Assembly: GCA_045587665.1 (NCBI GenBank)
Contig: JAZNCT010000088.1
Span: forward strand, 13,621-77,620
Reading direction: 5' to 3'
Source of the DNA: Eubacteriales bacterium
GTDB lineage: Bacteria; Bacillota; Clostridia; Oscillospirales; CAG-272
DNA: 64,000 nucleotides
A program made the translations under genes and the position numbers. Shown here piece after piece: positions 27,619 to 36,074 of this stretch (within the stretch, counting starts at the first letter, position 1; each line of letters opens with the position of its first letter). Below the pieces are notes generated by a model that saw nothing but the letters and a program-made list of their open reading frames with translations, ran no database searches and was not told where the DNA came from.

Positions 27619-28458
27619 ATGAAAAGATCTTTTAAAAATTTATACATTATTTCTATTTTGTTTGCAGTTATTTCTGCTCTTGCCGCAGTCATTCGCATTG
27701 CCGCTCTCTCTGTTTCTTATGACAGCCTGATCGGTTATTATAAAACGGGCGCTGTTCTTCCTTTGAGTTTTCATTTGATTTCAGCGGCAGTCCCATTTGC
27801 GGCAATGCTGACAATGCTGTTCTTACCTAAAAAAAGTGAGTTTCAATATCAAAAACCGAAAACAGGTTCGGCCTATGTTTGTGCCGGAAGTGTTTTTTCG
27901 ATAGTTACTGTCTGTGCTTATCTCGGCTATATCTCTCTCGGAATCCTGGGGGACAGAAAAATTTACACTTCAAATACCACCGGAGTTGGTGAGATCGTTG
28001 AAAAGGTTGCACTTTTTCTTGGTATCGCCTCGGTGATATATTTTCTTTTGGTCTTTCTCAGGAAAACCGAAAAGGGAGAAAATCATACATTTTTCGGTTA
28101 TGGAGTTATACTTTTTGTTCTTATGGTGCTGGCAAAAACTTATTTTGATTTTTTCACAACAATGAACAGCCCAAACAAGCTCCTTCTCCAGATCACCTTT
28201 ATGTCTGTAATGATCTATATGCTCTTTGAGCTAAGATTTTCTCTGGGAAATGCGGCCCCCGGAGGCTATGCAGCAGCCGCACTAACTTCATTTTATTTCT
28301 GCTTGGTATGCTCTGTTCCCGGAATAGCTGCGTTTTTCTCAGGAATATTTACCAAAAACGAATATTTCGTTTGTCATTTTCTTTGCCTTGGCTTTGGCGT
28401 TTATATAGGAGCACGTTTCATCTCCTTTATTCTTTCGCAAAAAGCTTTAAACACCTGA
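27619..28458 (+). CDS. Hypothetical polytopic membrane protein
   Basis: ORF 27583..28458; I prefer the ATG at 27619, which follows tggag. About 8 hydrophobic helices. No motif recognised. Confidence 0.5.
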   Translation: MKRSFKNLYIISILFAVISALAAVIRIAALSVSYDSLIGYYKTGAVLPLSFHLISAAVPFAAMLTMLFLPKKSEFQYQKPKTGSAYVCAGSVFSIVTVCAYLGYISLGILGDRKIYTSNTTGVGEIVEKVALFLGIASVIYFLLVFLRKTEKGENHTFFGYGVILFVLMVLAKTYFDFFTTMNSPNKLLLQITFMSVMIYMLFELRFSLGNAAPGGYAAAALTSFYFCLVCSVPGIAAFFSGIFTKNEYFVCHFLCLGFGVYIGARFISFILSQKALNT

Positions 28459-28477
28459 ATTTTGAGAGGTTATTTAT

Positions 28478-29800
28478 ATGAAAATAGGATTTGTTTCTCT
28501 CGGTTGCCCAAAAAATCAGCTTGACACCGAGGTCATGCTCCATGAGATAATGGAGGCCGGCTATGAGATAACAGCTGAGGAGACCGAAGCTGATATTATA
28601 ATTATTAACACCTGCGCTTTTATTGAAAGTGCAAAAAAAGAAGCTATCGACAATATAATCGACATCGGTTGGCTAAAGGAAAACCGCTCTCTTAGGGGCA
28701 TAATCGTTACAGGCTGTCTCTCCGAAAGATACAGGGACAGCATTTTTGAGGAGCTGCCTGAGGTTGATGCAATTCTTGGTGTTGGAAGCATACACAACAT
28801 TGTGGAAGCTGTAAAGAGCGTTGAAAAAGGTATAAAATATTCTTCATACGAGCCAAACGACTGCGTTAAGCTGGGCGGCGATCGAATACTCACAACCCCT
28901 GATTACACCGCATATATAAAAATTGCCGAGGGCTGTGACAACCGCTGTACCTACTGCGCCATTCCCTCAATACGCGGCAGGTTCCGCTCAAGACCTATAG
29001 AGGATATCCTTGCCGAGGCAAAACAGCTTGAAGGCCTTGGAGTTAAAGAACTTACGGTGGTTGCACAGGACGTTACAAGATACGGTGCAGATCTCTGCGG
29101 CGAATATAAGCTTGCTGAGCTTCTTCACAGAATAGCAGAAGAAACAAACATCCCCTGGATACGCCTGCTCTACTGCTATCCCGATAAGATAACCGATGAG
29201 CTTATCGCAGAGATCAGAGATAACGACAGAATCGTTAAATACATAGATATGCCTCTCCAGCATATTTCGGACAAAATGCTGAAGAGCATGAACCGCCACG
29301 GCGACAGCCAAATGATAAAAAGCGTTATAAGCAAGCTAAGAAAAGAAATTCCGGATATTGTTATAAGAACGACCTTTATCGTCGGCTTCCCCGGTGAAAC
29401 AGAAGAGGATTTTGACCTGCTTTGCCATTTTGTGAGAGAAACAAAATTCGACCGCATGGGTGCCTTCACCTATTCCCGTGAGGAAGGAACTCCCGCATAT
29501 GATTTTGATGACCAGATAGATGAGCAGATAAAGCAAAACAGATGCGATATTCTTATGGGTCAGCAAATGGTGATAGACTCGGAGCGCAACGAAAAGCTTA
29601 TCCACAAAACCATAAAAGTCCTTTGCGAAGACTATGACGTGGTTTCTGAAGCATATTACGGTCGCTCATATATGGACGCCCCCGAAATTGACGGCAAAAT
29701 ATTCTTTACATCAAAAAAGAAGATAAAGCCCGGGGTTTTTGTAAATGTAAAAATTGATCAGGCCGAGGATTATGATCTTATCGGCCATGTTATTGAATGA
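28478..29800 (+). CDS. rimO: Ribosomal protein S12 methylthiotransferase
   Basis: MKIGFVSLGCPKNQLDTEVM (UPF0004 domain), radical SAM CDNRCTYCAIP, C-terminal TRAM domain. Confidence 0.9.
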   Translation: MKIGFVSLGCPKNQLDTEVMLHEIMEAGYEITAEETEADIIIINTCAFIESAKKEAIDNIIDIGWLKENRSLRGIIVTGCLSERYRDSIFEELPEVDAILGVGSIHNIVEAVKSVEKGIKYSSYEPNDCVKLGGDRILTTPDYTAYIKIAEGCDNRCTYCAIPSIRGRFRSRPIEDILAEAKQLEGLGVKELTVVAQDVTRYGADLCGEYKLAELLHRIAEETNIPWIRLLYCYPDKITDELIAEIRDNDRIVKYIDMPLQHISDKMLKSMNRHGDSQMIKSVISKLRKEIPDIVIRTTFIVGFPGETEEDFDLLCHFVRETKFDRMGAFTYSREEGTPAYDFDDQIDEQIKQNRCDILMGQQMVIDSERNEKLIHKTIKVLCEDYDVVSEAYYGRSYMDAPEIDGKIFFTSKKKIKPGVFVNVKIDQAEDYDLIGHVIE

Positions 29801-29814
29801 TTCGGAGGTAAAAA

Positions 29815-30411
29815 ATGAATCTTCCAAATAAACTCACAGTTCTTCGTCTTTTGCTTGTGCCGGTGATAGTTGCCGTTATGCTTATTCCGATGCCCACTAT
29901 TGCTTCAAATCTTTTGGCGGCGGCTATTTTTGGAGCAACAGCACTTACCGATATGCTTGACGGAAAGATAGCAAGAAAATATAATCTCATAACCGATTTT
30001 GGAAAATTTCTTGACCCTCTTGCCGACAAATTTATGGTCATCTCAACCCTCACGGTCCTGATCTACAAATTTGAAGGAGCACTTCGTCTCTTTTGTCTTA
30101 TCACAACACTCATCGTTATCATGCGTGAGCTTGCGGTCACCTCAATAAGACTGGTTGCATCAAATGCGGCAGGACTTGTGGTTGCGGCAAATATGCTTGG
30201 AAAGATCAAAACAGTTACACAGATAGTTTATATCCTGTGCGCTCTTCTTGAGCCGGTTCTGTTTGAGATTATAGAAATAATAGCATATCCCGGCTTTGCA
30301 AACTATCATATCCTCACATATGCCTCAATGCTTGCAATGACGGTCTTCACCCTCTGGTCTGGCATAAATTATCTGGCAAGCTACTGGAAATATCTTGATC
30401 CAAACAAATAA
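29815..30411 (+). CDS. pgsA: CDP-diacylglycerol--glycerol-3-phosphate 3-phosphatidyltransferase
   Basis: NLPNKLTVLRLLLVP...TDMLDGKIARKYNLITDFGKFLDPLADK: CDP-alcohol phosphatidyltransferase motif. Confidence 0.88.
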   Translation: MNLPNKLTVLRLLLVPVIVAVMLIPMPTIASNLLAAAIFGATALTDMLDGKIARKYNLITDFGKFLDPLADKFMVISTLTVLIYKFEGALRLFCLITTLIVIMRELAVTSIRLVASNAAGLVVAANMLGKIKTVTQIVYILCALLEPVLFEIIEIIAYPGFANYHILTYASMLAMTVFTLWSGINYLASYWKYLDPNK

Positions 30412-30447
30412 GAAAAGCCTTCTTCACGCTTGTGAAGAAGGCTTTTC
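30412..30447. terminator. Bidirectional terminator (pgsA / cotF-like)
   Basis: gaaaagccttcttcac-gct-tgtgaagaaggcttttc. Confidence 0.8.
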
Positions 30448-30906
30448 TTAATTATACATATTGTTATTCTTCATATAGCTGTATAGCTGTTCGCCGTGCT
30501 GCTGCTCCTCTGCCTGAATGTGATTCAGCGTGCGTCTGTTTTCGGGAGAAGAAAATTCAAAAACGCTCACATCATAAAGACTTGATGCGTGCTTTTCTGT
30601 TGTCAGCATATCAGTGCAAAGAAAAGCATCGTTTTTCCTGTCCTCCTCGCTTGCATAGGAATATGCCGCCGTGTTATCATTATTTGAATTTCCTATGCTT
30701 TGAGGCATGATCGGTGTTCCACCGGAAAGCATCTCATTTATAGTTTTGAGATGCTCTCTTTCGGTTTCTGCCATATTAGAAAAAAGCTTTGAAAGCTCGG
30801 AGCTCTTTGCCTCTGCAGCATATTTTGTATATTTGTCGATGCAGAGCTGCTCCTGCCCCTTAAGATCGTTCAGAAGTGCGTTCTCTTTTGAAGTAAGTGT
30901 ATTCAT
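30448..30906 (-). CDS. Coat F domain-containing spore coat protein
   Basis: LLNDLKGQEQLCIDKYTKYAAEAKSSELSKLFSNMAETEREHLKTINEML ... a second ferritin-like half with EEQQHGEQLYSYM. Confidence 0.7.
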   Translation of the reverse strand: MNTLTSKENALLNDLKGQEQLCIDKYTKYAAEAKSSELSKLFSNMAETEREHLKTINEMLSGGTPIMPQSIGNSNNDNTAAYSYASEEDRKNDAFLCTDMLTTEKHASSLYDVSVFEFSSPENRRTLNHIQAEEQQHGEQLYSYMKNNNMYN

Positions 30907-31104
30907 TTCAATTCTCCTTTTATTTTGTTTTTATTTATTATTTTGCCGTTTTCTTCTCTTTATTCATAAAAAAATTATAAAATTCTATTGAACTTTTCTT
31001 AACATTATGTTATAATTTAGGTATCTGTGCGCAGATAGTTTTTTTTACTTGTTTTTCGCATTTTTTTCATAAATTTACCCGTTTTAAACGGAGGAGGATA
31101 TATT

Positions 31105-32193
31105 TTGGAAGAAACACTGAAGCTGAGATCGGGCGCTACTATTCCGCTCCTTAAAAAAAGCGACCCTGATTTCCGCAAATATCTGACCAGAACAACACTT
31201 TCCCAGCTCCACCTGCTCCCGGGGGGAGATCCTGTGGCATTTTCATATTCGCCCGATAGCGAAGATGTTGTGTTTTATTTTGATCCGCTTTTTGTAAAAG
31301 AAGCCCCGGCTGAGGCTTGGTACGGTCATAATCACGGTGAAAATATGACACTTCCCAGCGGAAATGTTATCGAAAAAATGAGCACAAGAAGAGCTGCCGA
31401 AAACGGCTTTTATTCAAAAGAACGCCTTTCTCAAATGTTCTATCGCCCAATAGAAGAACCGGTTGCGTATACTGTTAAAGCAAGCGGAGAAACCGTTTGG
31501 TTCTATGATAAAAAGACCGCACTTCGCTTGCCGATGCTGTGCACAAAATGCGGTAAAAATGTAAGATTCAAGCATAAGCTTTGCCAAGAATGTTATGAGG
31601 AAGAAATGGCTATCCGCCGTGCCGAGGGCGAAATTTACCGCAACGCTTTTTACGGTATGGACCCAAAAAAGGTTCTCTTTTTCGACCTTGAGCTGACAGG
31701 CTTTTACGCCCGAGACGAAATAATTTCCATAAGCATTGTGAACGGCGCAGGTGACCTCATAATGGACACACTCGTTAAGCCGGACCACACAAAAAAATGG
31801 AAGAAAACCGAGAAAATTCACGGTATAACCCCCGAAATGGTTGAGGATGCCCCTCTTCTGGCGGATCTCATACCAAAGATCAAAGAAATATTTGAGGACT
31901 GTGACCGCCTTATCGCATACGGTGTTTCCACCGACTACAGCCATATAAAATATATCTATGAGACCGAGGAAGAACAGGAGGCACTGCACGAAAAGGTGCG
32001 CTGCTGTGCAAACGAATTTGTTCGCTATGCTCACGAAAACCGCCCGGATGTTCTTCACGCCAGCCTTATTGACGCAATGGAATGTTTTTCTATCGAATGG
32101 CAGGGAGTTCCTCACAGCTCACTTGCAGATACATATGCCTGCGCCGCTGTTTGGAACAGGCTCTTCCCAAATTATTATAAAAACGAGGAATGA
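31105..32193 (+). CDS. Fusion protein: unknown N-domain, Cys4 zinc ribbon, and DEDDh 3'-5' exonuclease
   Basis: TTG start after ggaggagg. Zinc ribbon CTKCGKNVRFKHKLCQEC. Exonuclease motifs: Exo I FFDLELTG, Exo II AYGVSTDYSHI, Exo III HSSLADTYACAAVW. Confidence 0.7.
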   Translation: MEETLKLRSGATIPLLKKSDPDFRKYLTRTTLSQLHLLPGGDPVAFSYSPDSEDVVFYFDPLFVKEAPAEAWYGHNHGENMTLPSGNVIEKMSTRRAAENGFYSKERLSQMFYRPIEEPVAYTVKASGETVWFYDKKTALRLPMLCTKCGKNVRFKHKLCQECYEEEMAIRRAEGEIYRNAFYGMDPKKVLFFDLELTGFYARDEIISISIVNGAGDLIMDTLVKPDHTKKWKKTEKIHGITPEMVEDAPLLADLIPKIKEIFEDCDRLIAYGVSTDYSHIKYIYETEEEQEALHEKVRCCANEFVRYAHENRPDVLHASLIDAMECFSIEWQGVPHSSLADTYACAAVWNRLFPNYYKNEE

Positions 32194-32196
32194 TAT

Positions 32197-32493
32197 ATGT
32201 TTTTTGATAAGCTTTTCGGCTCTGATAAGCCTATGCCTCCGGGAACAGACAAAGTAAAACTTCTTTGCACCGTTAATTCTCCCGAGGAAAAAGCAGTTAT
32301 AGAAAGTATTCTCCGCAGCGAGCAGATCCCATATCTTATAAGAGAAAGAGGATCCGGAGAGGCGGTTCGCATTATCATGGGAGCAAACTCCATAATGGGC
32401 TGTGATATCTATGTTGATGAAGAAAAATATGATGATGCCTTTGCCCTTATTTCTCCCGATGAGGAACCGGAACAAGGCTCCGAAGAACTTTGA
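32197..32493 (+). CDS. DUF2007-like small protein
   Basis: 98 aa, starting 4 nt after the exonuclease stop. The pattern LLCTVNSPEEKAVIESILRSEQIPYLIRERGSG resembles the putative signal-transducing DUF2007 fold. Confidence 0.45.
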   Translation: MFFDKLFGSDKPMPPGTDKVKLLCTVNSPEEKAVIESILRSEQIPYLIRERGSGEAVRIIMGANSIMGCDIYVDEEKYDDAFALISPDEEPEQGSEEL

Positions 32494-32511
32494 TTTGAAA
32501 AGGATTAAAAA

Positions 32512-33690
32512 ATGAAAGAACTTTTTCTTTGCAAATGCGGCGAGATCGTGCTGAAGGGTGCAAACCACAGCTTTTTTGAAAATGCTCTAATTAAAGAACT
32601 TAAATTTCGCCTGCGTTCATACGGTAAATTCAGCATAACCCATTCCCAGAGCACAGTTTATGTTGAACCGCAAAGCGAGCATGTTGATCTTGACGCTGTT
32701 TTTGATGCGCTTAGCCGTGTTTTCGGTATAGTTACTATCGAGCGTGCCGCTGTGTGCGAAAAGGATATTGATAAGATAAAAGAGGCAATAAAAGAATATA
32801 TTCCTCGCTTCATGAGAGATAAAAAGACCTTTAAGGTTGAGGCGAAGAGAGCTGATAAACGCTTTCCGCTTCAGTCTCCTGCCATTGCCGCAGAATGTGG
32901 CGGTGCAGTTCTCTCTGCCTTAAATTATCTGAGAGTAAACGTAAAAAATCCTGATATTGTTGTTCGCGTTGAGGTTAGAGAAAACGCAGCATACATCAGT
33001 GCCGGCTCCTTTAAGGGGGCAGGTGGTATGCCTGTTGGAACAAACGGAAAGGGTCTGCTTCTCCTTTCGGGGGGAATAGATTCTCCCGTTGCAGGATATA
33101 TGATGGCAAAAAGAGGCGTTAAAATTGATGCCGTTCATTTTGAAAGCTTCCCCTACACAAGTGAAAGAGCTAAAGAAAAGGTGCTTTCTCTTGCAAAGTT
33201 GGTCACAAGATATTCGGGAAGTATGCTTGTTCATGTGGTCTCACTTACAAAGGTTCAGGAGGAGCTTGCAAAAAACTGTGACGAAGAATATTTCACCCTC
33301 CTTCTGCGCAGATATATGATGGCTATCGCCGAAAAAATTGCTCTTAAAAACGATTGCCTTGCTCTTATAACAGGTGAAAGCGTCGGTCAGGTGGCTTCAC
33401 AGACAATGCAGGCTATCGCGGTTACAAACGCTTCGGTCAATATGCCGGTTTTCCGCCCGTGTATCGGTATGGATAAAGAGGAGATCGTTCAGATAGCTCG
33501 CAAAATAGACACTTTTGAAACCTCTATTCTGCCTTATGAAGACTGCTGCACGGTGTTCACTCCCCGTCATCCAAAAACAAAGCCGGAGCTCTCTAAGGTT
33601 CTGGAGCAGGAAAATAAGCTTGATTTCGATGCTCTTGTTGAAGAAGCTGTCAACAGTGCCGAACAGGTCTATATCCCTGCCGAGGTTTAA
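32512..33690 (+). CDS. thiI: tRNA 4-thiouridine(8) synthase
   Basis: GEIVLKGANHSFFE N-terminus, THUMP region, PP-loop LLLLSGGIDSPVAGYMMAKRG. Confidence 0.9.
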   Translation: MKELFLCKCGEIVLKGANHSFFENALIKELKFRLRSYGKFSITHSQSTVYVEPQSEHVDLDAVFDALSRVFGIVTIERAAVCEKDIDKIKEAIKEYIPRFMRDKKTFKVEAKRADKRFPLQSPAIAAECGGAVLSALNYLRVNVKNPDIVVRVEVRENAAYISAGSFKGAGGMPVGTNGKGLLLLSGGIDSPVAGYMMAKRGVKIDAVHFESFPYTSERAKEKVLSLAKLVTRYSGSMLVHVVSLTKVQEELAKNCDEEYFTLLLRRYMMAIAEKIALKNDCLALITGESVGQVASQTMQAIAVTNASVNMPVFRPCIGMDKEEIVQIARKIDTFETSILPYEDCCTVFTPRHPKTKPELSKVLEQENKLDFDALVEEAVNSAEQVYIPAEV

Positions 33691-33696
33691 AAAACG

Positions 33697-34326
33697 GTGC
33701 TTGATATGGCTGACACAGAAAAGCTGAATATTCCTTATCCCATTATAGTTGAAGGTAAATATGACCGTCTCCGCCTTTTGAGCGTTATAAATGCAAAAAT
33801 ATATACCACAGAGGGATTTGGTGTTTTTTCAAAAAATGAGCTGATCAAGCTGATGAGGGCTCTCTCCGAAAAAACTCCTATCATTGTCCTCACCGACAGC
33901 GACGGTGCGGGAGCTCTCATTCGTTCTCATATAACATCCTCTCTCCCAAAAGAGAAGCTCATCCAGCTTTATATACCCCAGATAAAGGGCAAGGAAAAGA
34001 GAAAAAAAGAGCCTTCAAAGGCAGGCACTCTTGGAGTTGAAGGAATGGAAAGAGAACTTCTCACATCAATTTTTCTTCCTTATGCCGCCGAAAGCGCAAG
34101 CCAGGAAAACTGCTCCGATGCTTATACGAGATCTCTTGAAAATCCTCTCTCAAAAGCGGATTTTTACAGAGACGGTCTTTCGGGCAGAGAAGACAGCTCC
34201 GCAAAAAGAGATGCACTTGCAAAAAAGCTGGATCTCCCTTGCGGTATGACTGCAAATGCTCTTCTTGCGGCTCTTAAGCTTCTCGTTTCATATGAAGAAT
34301 ATCTTCATTTGGTATCAAGAGAATAA
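33697..34326 (+). CDS. Toprim domain protein (DUF4093 / RNase M5-like)
   Basis: IIVEGKYDRLRL ... IIVLTDSDGAGALIRSHI toprim acidic motifs. The start is ambiguous (GTG 33697 or ATG 33706). Confidence 0.6.
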   Translation: MLDMADTEKLNIPYPIIVEGKYDRLRLLSVINAKIYTTEGFGVFSKNELIKLMRALSEKTPIIVLTDSDGAGALIRSHITSSLPKEKLIQLYIPQIKGKEKRKKEPSKAGTLGVEGMERELLTSIFLPYAAESASQENCSDAYTRSLENPLSKADFYRDGLSGREDSSAKRDALAKKLDLPCGMTANALLAALKLLVSYEEYLHLVSRE

Positions 34327-34348
34327 TATCTAAAAACGGAGGGTATAA

Positions 34349-34765
34349 ATGCCGGAAAATATTGACTCTAAAAACGTCACCACGGCTGCTCTTGCTTATC
34401 TTGGTGACTGCGTTGTGGAAATATGCGTCCGCTCTCTGCTTGTAAAAGAAGGGCTTTCAAGCTCACGTCATCTGAATTCCGAAGCACTTAATTTTGTAAG
34501 AGCTCCGGAGCAGGCCGAAGCTCTACATAGAATTTTGGATGTTCTCACAGAAGAAGAAAACGCTGCATACCGAAGAGGAAGAAATATCGGCCACACAAAC
34601 ACCCCAAAAAACTGTACTGTTTCCCAGTATAGGCACGCAACAGGCTTTGAGGCTCTTTTCGGTTATCTTCATCTTGAAGGAAAAAACGAAAGGATCAATG
34701 AGCTTTTCTGCTTGGCATATGCGGATAAAATAGAAGATCTCAGAAATAAAAAATCAAAATTATAA
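34349..34765 (+). CDS. mrnC: Mini-ribonuclease 3
   Basis: ALAYLGDCVVEICVR ... NAAYRRGRN ... YRHATGFEALFGYLHLEG: RNase III-like catalytic signature without a dsRBD. Confidence 0.8.
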   Translation: MPENIDSKNVTTAALAYLGDCVVEICVRSLLVKEGLSSSRHLNSEALNFVRAPEQAEALHRILDVLTEEENAAYRRGRNIGHTNTPKNCTVSQYRHATGFEALFGYLHLEGKNERINELFCLAYADKIEDLRNKKSKL

Positions 34766-34784
34766 ATTAAAGGAGAATTTTATT

Positions 34785-35270
34785 ATGGAAAACATAAATG
34801 TTAAAATCACCGTTCAAAATTACGGTGAGATCGAGCTTGAGCTTTATCCCGATAAAGCTCCCATAACTGTTGAAAACTTTGTTCGCCTTGTTAAATCAAA
34901 TTTCTATGAAAATCTCATTTTCCACCGTGTTATCGAGGGCTTTATGATTCAGGGCGGCGGCTATGACTACCTTATGAACGATACAAATGCTGCTACGATA
35001 AAGGGCGAATTTGCTTCAAACGGCTTCACCCAGAATGATATAAAGCATACTCGCGGTGTTATCAGCATGGCAAGAACAATGATACCAAACTCTGCTTCCT
35101 CTCAGTTCTTTATAATGCACAAGGATGCTCCTCATCTTGACGGTCAGTATGCCGCATTTGGTAAAGTTACAAAAGGCATTGAGGTTGTTGACAAAATTGC
35201 TTCTGTTCCAACAAACTTCAGCGATTGCCCTGTAACCCCCGTTATGATCGAAAAGATTGAAATGATCTAA
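34785..35270 (+). CDS. ppiB: Peptidyl-prolyl cis-trans isomerase (cyclophilin type)
   Basis: FHRVIEGFMIQGGG ... GVISMARTMIPNSASSQFFIM ... LDGQYAAFGKV. Confidence 0.92.
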   Translation: MENINVKITVQNYGEIELELYPDKAPITVENFVRLVKSNFYENLIFHRVIEGFMIQGGGYDYLMNDTNAATIKGEFASNGFTQNDIKHTRGVISMARTMIPNSASSQFFIMHKDAPHLDGQYAAFGKVTKGIEVVDKIASVPTNFSDCPVTPVMIEKIEMI

Positions 35271-35277
35271 AATAAAC

Positions 35278-35306
35278 TAAAATCCGTCCAAAAGGACGGA
35301 TTTTTC
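35278..35306 (+). terminator. Intrinsic terminator of ppiB
   Basis: aaaatccgtcc-aaaa-ggacggatttttc. Confidence 0.85.
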
Positions 35307-35328
35307 TTTTATAAACAAACTTCGAAAA

Positions 35329-36052
35329 CAAACAAAAGCCCACTGCGTTTTCTCAACCCTAACAAACGATTTCCGATACCGAGAGCATTGAGGCGGCTTG
35401 CCTTCCCCTTTTTGCGCCGGTGATTTTGGGCGCAAAAAGGAACGGCGTGAGTTTCACGGAGCGACTTTGAAAATCGCAGACTTGCGATTTTCGGGAGCGT
35501 GGGTCCGCCGAAAGGGTGTTCTTAGAGGGAAACGCCTTTCCCTCTAAGCGCGTTTTCGTCTATTTGGGGCGTACCAAATAGACTGCCCGCGCGGCATGAG
35601 CGCAGAAAAGGTTAGAAGTTAGTTTATCACCGAGAAAAGTTATCACATATGATTTTTCAGCGACAGAGGTTTTCTGCAGTAAGTTTTTTTATATAGAGTT
35701 TCTTGCTGCACAGAATTTTAGCCTATAGATAAACGCATAGGATAAAGTTTGGCTGAAATGTTTCTATCTTCTTGCGCTCATGCCGCGCGGGCCCCTCCTT
35801 TGGCATTTCCCAAAGGAGGCAAAAGAAACATCAGAGGGGAACGCAGTTCCCCTCTGAGCACTCCCCTCCTATGAGGCCCTCGCTCCTGAAAATTGCAATT
35901 CTGCAATTTTCAAAGTCGCTCCGTAAACAGCATCGACATTCCCAAATTGCGCCATAAAGCACCGGCGCAATTTGGGTACAGCGAACCGCCAACTGCTGTC
36001 GTTCTCCGAAACCGATCGTTCGGAGTGAAAAATCGCAGTGGGCTTTTGTTTG
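35329..36052. repeat. 724-bp non-coding nested palindrome: two ~280-nt inverted arms, three conserved boxes, four covarying hairpins per arm, and a 168-nt core
   Basis: Box A is 35329-35347 and rc 36034-36052. Box B is 35456-35474 and rc 35906-35924. Box C is 35585-35604 and rc 35773-35792. All three are identical between arms. Hairpin pairs: H1 35407-35440 / 35941-35976, H2 35469-35492 / 35888-35911, H3 35521-35548 / 35831-35857, H4 35558-35583 / 35794-35819. There is no credible ORF. Confidence 0.85.
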
Positions 36053-36074
36053 GCTTGATAGATAGTTTTCTCCG

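Noticed and set aside
35446-35460. cgtgagtttcacgg in the left arm of the element, which resembles a parS half-site (gtttcacg).
   Set aside because: Only one half matches, and the other half is unrelated to the 16-bp palindrome. It is probably a coincidental 5-bp hairpin.
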